Assembly (NCBI GenBank): GCA_050953065.1
Contig: JBMNLZ010000002.1
Coordinates: 160,001-224,000 of the forward strand
Reading direction: 5' to 3'
Source: Bacilli bacterium
Lineage (GTDB): Bacteria; Bacillota_I; Bacilli_A; ML615J-28; CAG-698
Length of the DNA: 64,000 nt
Shown here: piece after piece, positions 57,542 through 64,000 of the stretch
Layout: each line of letters begins with the position of its first letter
Position numbering within the stretch: position 1 is the first letter of the stretch
Position numbers and translations under genes: made by a program
The notes under the pieces: generated by a model
What the model saw: only the letters and a program-made list of their open reading frames with translations
Told to the model about the DNA's origin: nothing
The model's database searches: none

Positions 57542-59134
57542 ATGAAAAAAATTTATGAAACAATTTTATTTATGATTTTTGGAATAATCTATATCGCCTT
57601 TTGTTTTGTTTTAATATGGTATTTAATTAACTTAATTTTTTTTAATTTAAATAAAGGCTTAATTTCTTTTTTAATTGTTTTATTTATTTCAAGTATTTCA
57701 TTAATAATAGGATTTATCTCTATTAAGAAATTAACTAAAAGATTTGTTGATTATAAAACAAAATTAAATCAAGAAGATAAAGAAAGATTATTTACTTTAT
57801 TTGAAGAAGTAAAAGAAAAATCAAAAAAGAAGAATGTAAAACTTTTATTGTTTAATGATTCTAAAGGTGATTTTTTAGGTTCACCTGCTCTTGCTCTTCA
57901 AACATCAAAGTCATACATTGGTTTAGCAGAAGATGTTAGAGTAGAACATGATGAAGTAATTAAGGGTTTAATTGCTCATGAGATGTATCATATTATTTCT
58001 AATTTTAATATTATATATTTTTTTATTAATATTCTAACAATGCCTTTATCTTTTCTTTTTTTATTGCTTTTAGAAAGTTATTGGGTTTTAGTAAAAGCAT
58101 TAGGAAAAAAACATAATACAATCATTTATATTTGTTTATATTTTATTTATCTTTTAACAGTTATTTTATTACTTATTGTAAGATTACCTTATAATATTTT
58201 AATTGCTCCACTTAATAGATATGAAGAAAGACAAGCAGATAAATTTGCTTGTAGTTTAGGTTATGCTGAGGGGTTAAGATATGGTTTGTATAAAACAACA
58301 AAGAACTCAAAAATAACAATTAAAAATATCTTTTATTGGATTTTACCAATCCATCCTTTAGTTGATAATAGATTAAGTAAGATTTATGAATTAAGCAAAA
58401 AAGAATATGATAAAGAATTCTATATTATAAATGATGAATTATTATTTATTGAAAAAGAAGTAGAAAATCTTAAAATACCAAATAATGTTTTAAAAGTTTC
58501 TTGTAGTAATGTTTTAAATTATAATGCAAAAGTTAAAACAATTGATTTTAATAATGTTAGAAAAATAAAAGCAAGTGCTTTTAGAAATATCCATTCATTA
58601 GAAAAAATAACTTTAGAAAATGTTGAAACAGTTGAGCAATATGCTTTCTTTAATTGTTTGAATTTAAAAGAAGTAAAGATTTCTAAAGTGTTAAATGAAA
58701 TTGGAGAAAATGCATTTTTAAATACTGTTCTTACAAAAAACAAAGAAATATCTTTTATTACATTAGATAATTGGGCAATTGCTTGTAATCTTAAAAATCC
58801 TAAGTATTTAGAAATTCCAAATAATATTTCTAATCTTCAAAACAAATTGTTTTTAAGATTTAATAATTTAGAGTTTGTTAGGATTTTAAATCCTAAATTT
58901 AAGTTTAAAGAAAAAGACTTTAATTTTTCAAACTTAAAAGCAATAATTTGGGAGAATAGTGAAATTGAAAATATAAAAATAATTAAATCATTAGATGAAT
59001 TAAAGATATTTTTGTTAGAAGATCTAAAAACAATAGAATTAGATGATGAAAAAATAAAAGAATTTAATGAATTAAGTAGTTTTCAAGAATTAATTGATAA
59101 GTACTATAATTTTATATTTTTAAGTAAGCAATAA
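57542..59134 (+). CDS. M48 (HtpX-like) membrane Zn-metalloprotease fused to BspA-type LRR_5 repeats
   Basis: TM helices, LIAHEMYH, RYEERQADKFA, IHPLVDNR; then IKASAF, VEQYAFFNC.NL, IGENAF. Confidence 0.8.
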   Translation: MKKIYETILFMIFGIIYIAFCFVLIWYLINLIFFNLNKGLISFLIVLFISSISLIIGFISIKKLTKRFVDYKTKLNQEDKERLFTLFEEVKEKSKKKNVKLLLFNDSKGDFLGSPALALQTSKSYIGLAEDVRVEHDEVIKGLIAHEMYHIISNFNIIYFFINILTMPLSFLFLLLLESYWVLVKALGKKHNTIIYICLYFIYLLTVILLLIVRLPYNILIAPLNRYEERQADKFACSLGYAEGLRYGLYKTTKNSKITIKNIFYWILPIHPLVDNRLSKIYELSKKEYDKEFYIINDELLFIEKEVENLKIPNNVLKVSCSNVLNYNAKVKTIDFNNVRKIKASAFRNIHSLEKITLENVETVEQYAFFNCLNLKEVKISKVLNEIGENAFLNTVLTKNKEISFITLDNWAIACNLKNPKYLEIPNNISNLQNKLFLRFNNLEFVRILNPKFKFKEKDFNFSNLKAIIWENSEIENIKIIKSLDELKIFLLEDLKTIELDDEKIKEFNELSSFQELIDKYYNFIFLSKQ

Positions 59135-59220
59135 ATATCTTGCAAAGTGATAAAATAAATTTTATAATATGTATAAGGTTTATAAGAATCTTAAAATAAT
59201 TATTAAAGAAAGAGGAAAAA

Positions 59221-59823
59221 ATGAGTTTTAAAGAAAAGTTTTCAAACGAAGCAAAAGATTTAAGAAGTTTTAAAAAGTTTTATGAAACAATCGCATTTAT
59301 TGTTTTAACGGCTCTTGTTGTTCAACAATTATTTTTCTTGATTTGGAATGGTATAAGAGGTTTTGTTAAAAACGATTGGTTTAATACGAATGGTTTTACA
59401 AATGCTAACTTGCAAGCATATGTAGCAAGAATTGCAGATATAGATCGTAGTAGTGTATTTGTTATGATTGTTTCTTTGATAGCTTGGATTTTGTATTATG
59501 TTTTCATGTATTTTGTTGTATTTAAATTTTCTAGTAAACGTGGAATGTCTAAATGGACATGGACTTTGTTTGTAATTTTTGGTCCGAATGTTATTTTTGC
59601 ACCAGCATATATTTGGTTTATTCTATTTGCATATAGATATGAAATTTATGCTATCTTTAGAAAAGTTGTAAGAGAAGTTGGAGAAAGTGGTGAAGATTCA
59701 AAAGAAGATGTTGAAGTAGTTGAAGCAGAACCAATTGAGGAAGTAAAACCAGTTTTAAAACCAAAACCAGCAGCTAAACCAAAAACAACAGAAACTAAAA
59801 CAACAACAAAAAAAGAAGATTAA
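59221..59823 (+). CDS. Hypothetical membrane protein with a charged low-complexity tail
   Basis: About 3 TM helices; strong RBS; terminator downstream. Confidence 0.75.
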   Translation: MSFKEKFSNEAKDLRSFKKFYETIAFIVLTALVVQQLFFLIWNGIRGFVKNDWFNTNGFTNANLQAYVARIADIDRSSVFVMIVSLIAWILYYVFMYFVVFKFSSKRGMSKWTWTLFVIFGPNVIFAPAYIWFILFAYRYEIYAIFRKVVREVGESGEDSKEDVEVVEAEPIEEVKPVLKPKPAAKPKTTETKTTTKKED

Positions 59824-59837
59824 TAAAAGATTTTAAA

Positions 59838-59878
59838 TAAAAGACTTTTGAATTTATAAATTCAAAAGTCTTTATTTT
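59838..59878 (+). terminator. Intrinsic terminator
   Basis: AAAGACTTTTGAATTT / AAATTCAAAAGTCTTT. Confidence 0.8.
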
Positions 59879-59902
59879 ATTTAAGAAAATATTAAAAATT
59901 AC

Positions 59903-59931
59903 TTGTCAAGTATAAAATCTTATGTTATACT
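59903..59931 (+). promoter_or_regulatory. Sigma-A promoter of rplS
   Basis: TTGTCA-17 nt-TATACT with extended TG. Confidence 0.75.
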
Positions 59932-59958
59932 ACTTGAGGTTAAGAAATTAACAAACAC

Positions 59959-59997
59959 ATTGTTCCGCTGCTATAAAATAAATAGTATTGAACATTG
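59959..59997 (+). ncRNA. L19 ribosomal protein leader
   Basis: TGTTCCGCTG CTAT...ATAG TATT GAACA stem directly upstream of the rplS RBS. Confidence 0.8.
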
Positions 59998-60018
59998 GAA
60001 GAAGGAGTGTGAACTATA

Positions 60019-60366
60019 ATGAGTCAAGAGTTAATCAAAGCTATCACTAATGATTATCTACGTGCAGAAGTTCCTGAATTCCGTCCTGGTGATAACGTAA
60101 AAGTATACGTTAAAATCAAAGAGGGTAATAGAGAAAGATTGCAAGTATTTGAAGGATTAGTGATCAAAAGACGTGGAAGTGGAATTAGCGAAACTTTTAC
60201 AGTGCGTAAAATGTCTTCAGGAGTAGGAGTTGAAAGAACTTTCCCTATTCATACACCAAACGTTGACAGAATTGAAGTTGTTCGTCGTGGTAAAGTTCGT
60301 CGTGCGAAACTTAACTACATTCGTACATTATCAGCTAAAGCCGCTCGTATTAAAGAGCGTAGATAA
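60019..60366 (+). CDS. rplS: 50S ribosomal protein L19
   Basis: [28 protein letters not shown]. Confidence 0.98.
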   Translation: MSQELIKAITNDYLRAEVPEFRPGDNVKVYVKIKEGNRERLQVFEGLVIKRRGSGISETFTVRKMSSGVGVERTFPIHTPNVDRIEVVRRGKVRRAKLNYIRTLSAKAARIKERR

Positions 60367-60390
60367 TAAAAGGCCAATAGGCCTTTTTAT
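60367..60390 (+). terminator. rplS terminator
   Basis: AAAAGGCC-aata-GGCCTTTTT. Confidence 0.8.
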
Positions 60391-60484
60391 TTATGAAAAT
60401 GGTTATAATTATTTTCACTAATCTTCTTGATAATAATTATAATTGTGTTATAATGAAAATGTATTTGCGGAAAGAGGTGTTAGG

Positions 60485-61477
60485 ATGAATCAAGTAAAAA
60501 TATATGATGTTGCCGGAGCTGCAGGAGTATCGCTTGCGACGGTTTCTAGAGTTCTTAATCATCCAGAAAAAGTAAAAGAAGCAACAAGAGAAAAGGTACT
60601 AAGAATCATTAAAGAAAAAGGGTATAAACCAAATGCTAATGCAAGAGGTCTTGCTAGTAGAAGATCTACTACAGTTGCAATCGTTGTACCAAATGTTTCT
60701 AGAGCATCTGTTGCTGAAATGATTCAAGGTGTTGTTGATACTGCAAAAGAATATGGTTATACAATTAGACTATTTGTTAGTGAAGATGCAACATCTCCAA
60801 GTGATCTATGGGGAGATGTCATTGCTAGTAGTGTTGATGGCGTTTTATTTATGAATGATCAAATGAATAGTGAACTTTATAAACAATTAGAACTTGCACC
60901 TGTGCCTGTTGTGTTTGTTAATTCAATTTCTGAAAGAGAAGGATTAGGTGGAGTTAGAATTAACTATGAAGAGGCAGCTTATACAATAACAAAAGAAATG
61001 ATTGCACGTGGTAATAAAAGTATCATGTTTATTAAATCAGGACATAAATATTCAGTTAATGAAATGAAAGAAGTAGGCTATGTTAAAGCCATGAAAGAAG
61101 CAGGTCTTGCTCCTGATATTGTTGTTTCAAGTGGTGATATTGATATTAATGAGGTTCAATTTAAAGAACTGTTAGATTGCAGAATTCCTGATGTTGCAAT
61201 GGCAGTTAGAGATTCTATCGCAATATCATTTATGAATATTGCAAGTAAAAAAGGAATTAAAGTTCCAGAACAACTACAAGTAATTGGTTTTCAAAATACT
61301 AGATATGCTTTACTTTCAAATCCTAAATTAACTTGTGTTGCAATTCCAATTTATGATATCGGACATAAAGCGATGAGTTATTTAACTCAGTTAATGAAAA
61401 AAGAAGATGAGAGTGTTGCGAAGTCTGAGGATGTAATCGTAGATTATAATATTATATGGAGAGAATCTACTAGATAA
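60485..61477 (+). CDS. ccpA: LacI-family regulator, CcpA-like
   Basis: IYDVA..AGVSLATVSRVLN, YKPNANARGLASRRSTTV, YDIG..AM..LT.LM.KE. Confidence 0.8.
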   Translation: MNQVKIYDVAGAAGVSLATVSRVLNHPEKVKEATREKVLRIIKEKGYKPNANARGLASRRSTTVAIVVPNVSRASVAEMIQGVVDTAKEYGYTIRLFVSEDATSPSDLWGDVIASSVDGVLFMNDQMNSELYKQLELAPVPVVFVNSISEREGLGGVRINYEEAAYTITKEMIARGNKSIMFIKSGHKYSVNEMKEVGYVKAMKEAGLAPDIVVSSGDIDINEVQFKELLDCRIPDVAMAVRDSIAISFMNIASKKGIKVPEQLQVIGFQNTRYALLSNPKLTCVAIPIYDIGHKAMSYLTQLMKKEDESVAKSEDVIVDYNIIWRESTR

Positions 61478-61478
61478 A

Positions 61479-61505
61479 ATAAAAGTCCTTAAACAGGACT
61501 TTTAT
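61479..61505 (+). terminator. Hairpin/terminator between ccpA and tyrS
   Basis: ATAAAAGTCCT-taaac-AGGACTTTTAT. Confidence 0.75.
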
Positions 61506-61535
61506 TTACTTTTTAAAGTTTTAAGGAGAAAGAAA

Positions 61536-62795
61536 ATGAAATTATTAGATGAATTAAAATGGCGTGGTTTAATTTATGATATTATAGATGAAGAAAATTT
61601 AGCTAAAAGATTAGAAGAAAAACCGATTACTTTATATTGTGGGTTTGATCCAACTGCAGATAGTATGCATATTGGTTCTTTATTACCAATTGTAACTTTA
61701 GTAAGATTTCATAAAGCTGGTCATAAAATTATTGCTTTAACTGGAAGTGGAACAGCTTTAATTGGAGATCCGAGTGGTAAAAAAAGCGAAAGAGGTTTAA
61801 ACCCAGTTGATGTGGTAAGAGAGTGGGGCGAAAACTTTAAAGAACAGTTTTCAAGATTTATTCCATTTGATGGAAAAACTGCATTTAGCATTGATAATTA
61901 TGATTGGTTAGCTGAAATGAAAGCAATTGACCTTTGGAGAGATTACGGTAAGCATTTTAATATTAATTATATGCTAGCAAAAGAAAGTGTTAAATCTCGT
62001 CTTGAGACAGGGTTAACATATTTAGAGTTTTCATATATGATAATGCAATCAATTGATTTTTTAAAGATGTATCAAGATAAGGTGCTTAATTGTGAGATGC
62101 AAATTGGTGGACAAGACCAATGGGGAAATATTACAGCTGGAATGGAATTGATTAGAAAAATTGAAGGACCAGATGCTAAAGTATATGGACTAACTATTCC
62201 TTTAATTACAAAATCAGATGGGACTAAATTTGGAAAAACAGAAAGTGGTGCAGTATGGTTAGATAAAGAAAAAACATCTCCATATGAGATGTATCAATTT
62301 TTTATCAATACTGCAGATGCGGATGTAATTAAGTTTTTAAAATATTATACTTTTTTAACTAAAGCAGAAATTGATGTATTAGAAGAAAAAGTATCAACAG
62401 AAGCTCATTTAAGACTTGCTCAAAAAAGGTTAGCTGAAGAAGTAGTAAAACTAGTTCATGGAGAGACTGCTTTAGAAGAAGCAATTAGAATTACTAATGC
62501 ATTATTTAGTGGAGATGTAAAGACTTTATCAGTTAAAGAAATTAAAGAAGGTTTTAAGAATTTTGCTTTTGTTGAAGTAAAAGAAGACATTAATATAATA
62601 GATGCTTTAGTTTTAGCAGGTGCTGCTTCATCTAAAAGAGAAGCAAGACAATTCTTAAGTAATAATGCTATTTATGTTAATGGTGATTTAGTTAATGATT
62701 TTGAAGCATTAGTTAAAAAAGAAGAAGCCTTTGGAAATGAGTTTAGTATTATTAGACGTGGTAAGAAAAACTATTATTTAATTAAACATGTATAA
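61536..62795 (+). CDS. tyrS: Tyrosine-tRNA ligase
   Basis: YCGFDPTADSMHIG, QIGGQDQWGNI, KFGKT, S4 domain IRRGKKNY. Confidence 0.98.
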   Translation: MKLLDELKWRGLIYDIIDEENLAKRLEEKPITLYCGFDPTADSMHIGSLLPIVTLVRFHKAGHKIIALTGSGTALIGDPSGKKSERGLNPVDVVREWGENFKEQFSRFIPFDGKTAFSIDNYDWLAEMKAIDLWRDYGKHFNINYMLAKESVKSRLETGLTYLEFSYMIMQSIDFLKMYQDKVLNCEMQIGGQDQWGNITAGMELIRKIEGPDAKVYGLTIPLITKSDGTKFGKTESGAVWLDKEKTSPYEMYQFFINTADADVIKFLKYYTFLTKAEIDVLEEKVSTEAHLRLAQKRLAEEVVKLVHGETALEEAIRITNALFSGDVKTLSVKEIKEGFKNFAFVEVKEDINIIDALVLAGAASSKREARQFLSNNAIYVNGDLVNDFEALVKKEEAFGNEFSIIRRGKKNYYLIKHV

Positions 62796-62907
62796 AAGAT
62801 ATGAGATTATAAGACCCCTAAATTGAACCAAATAAAATTGGAAAATTTGGTGATTTATTTTATAAAGCATAATAGATTTTAATTAAAAACGTTAAAGGAG
62901 GGGAAAA

Positions 62908-63984
62908 ATGAAAAAAATTTTTTATTTAATCTTCGTTTTAATTATTTTGTTAACTGGCTGTGGTTATACTGGTATTAGTTTGAACGATGTATCAATAGAT
63001 TTTACAGATTCTAATTCAGTAGTGGTATTAAAAAGGGAATATACTGAACGACAAATTATAAAAGTTTATGATGAAGAAGGTCAAGCTCTTCTTTTAATGA
63101 TACCTTATATGGATGAAGTTGCCGACCAATTAATGGCAAATAAGATAATAGAGTTGCCAGATGGAATAACTGATTTTAAGATTGTTGGCTTTTCTAACAA
63201 TCAATATAGTGGCAGTTCGGTTGATGTTCTTATTGAAACTAATGTCGGATATTATGCTATTGTTAAATTTGTATCAACTTTTGGTTTATATTTTAAATAT
63301 TATAAAATTGATGACGAATCAATTATTTATAGTAATATAAAAAATGTTATATATAAAGACCATACTACATCAGATAAATTAAAAATACATTGTAATAATG
63401 TAATCAAATATGCTTCAATAATAAATAAAGATGATAGTATTTATTTTATAAATGAGGAAAAAGAAACTCTATTATTTGAGAATAGTCAAATTAAGGATTC
63501 GTTTTTCTTGACTGCCTATGGTGAAAAACGATTAGATTATTATAATTTTATTATTATAAATCAAAATAATGAAATTAAATATTGTTCTATGTCGACAGAT
63601 CAAGAACTAGTTATAGACAAAGACATTATTGTAGAGGGTAAAATTATAAATTTTGGACCAATAGTAAATGGAGCGACTAAGATGTATACAGATACTAATA
63701 ATCCTTTTGAAAAGCAAATCATTACTGTAGAAAATCAAAAAGGTGAAATAATAGAAAAAGAAATAGTTGATTATTTCTATATACTTACAGATGAATATGT
63801 CTATGTTTATGATAAGTTAGGTGTAGAGTTTTATAAAGAAACAATAGAAGAGACAGTTTATGGAATAAATTTTATTAATTTCGGATATAAAGATAACGGC
63901 ATAGATTTGCAATTAGCTTATAAAACAAATGATAATTTATTTAGATGGAAAACAAAAACAATTGGAAAGGAAGAAAAAGAATGA
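62908..63984 (+). CDS. Lipoprotein of unknown function
   Basis: MKKIF...LLTGC lipobox; AAGGAGG RBS; beta-rich composition. Confidence 0.75.
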   Translation: MKKIFYLIFVLIILLTGCGYTGISLNDVSIDFTDSNSVVVLKREYTERQIIKVYDEEGQALLLMIPYMDEVADQLMANKIIELPDGITDFKIVGFSNNQYSGSSVDVLIETNVGYYAIVKFVSTFGLYFKYYKIDDESIIYSNIKNVIYKDHTTSDKLKIHCNNVIKYASIINKDDSIYFINEEKETLLFENSQIKDSFFLTAYGEKRLDYYNFIIINQNNEIKYCSMSTDQELVIDKDIIVEGKIINFGPIVNGATKMYTDTNNPFEKQIITVENQKGEIIEKEIVDYFYILTDEYVYVYDKLGVEFYKETIEETVYGINFINFGYKDNGIDLQLAYKTNDNLFRWKTKTIGKEEKE

Positions 63985-64000
63985 TTAAAAAAATATTTGT

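Noticed and set aside
2387-60421. Short antisense or alternate-frame ORFs in the track (e.g. 2387..2749, 6686..7051, 8843..9184, 17792..18139, 23066..23401, 43974..44333, 60230..60421)
   Set aside because: They are shadows overlapping well-supported genes, with no RBS or recognisable motifs.
1-64000. Genetic code 4 (TGA=Trp) as in Mycoplasma
   Set aside because: Conserved Trp residues use TGG, genes are intact under code 11, and TGA terminates genes (e.g. 4811, 26271, 39196, 56350).

Overview
AT-rich bacterial chromosome segment using genetic code 11 (TGA is a stop, Trp is TGG). Gene content and order suggest an anaerobic, fermentative Acholeplasmatales/Izemoplasmatales-like member of the Bacilli; this taxonomy is inference. 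Most of the window is core genome: the complete S10-spc-alpha ribosomal superoperon with its leader, ecfA1-ecfA2-ecfT-truA, znuCB, tmk-holB-ricT-yabB-rsmI, pyruvate:ferredoxin oxidoreductase, rnj-def, TPP riboswitch-thiT, rpsP-khpA...rimM-trmD...rplS, a ccpA-like gene and tyrS. It also holds the 3' end of an [FeFe]-hydrogenase and several lipoproteins. I saw no tRNA, rRNA, CRISPR array, transposase, integrase or reverse transcriptase. Four signals are not explained by the ORF track. (1) Two start-less 'orphan' copies of a BspA-type LRR C-terminal cap (LTIYxExxxxPxxWxxxW...PVVW) lie near an immunity-like::LRR fusion gene; one is exactly in frame behind that gene's stop codon, and a possible toxin-tip remnant precedes the gene. 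(2) A candidate PerR/Fur-controlled small RNA made of two 33-bp hairpin repeats sits between PFOR and rnj. (3) A decayed arsR/cadC pseudogene, its operator and a perfect Per box precede a cadA inserted ahead of rimM-trmD. (4) uL29 has a long basic repeat extension and RNAP alpha has an acidic tail. All functional interpretations are hypotheses from reading the sequence; no searches were run.
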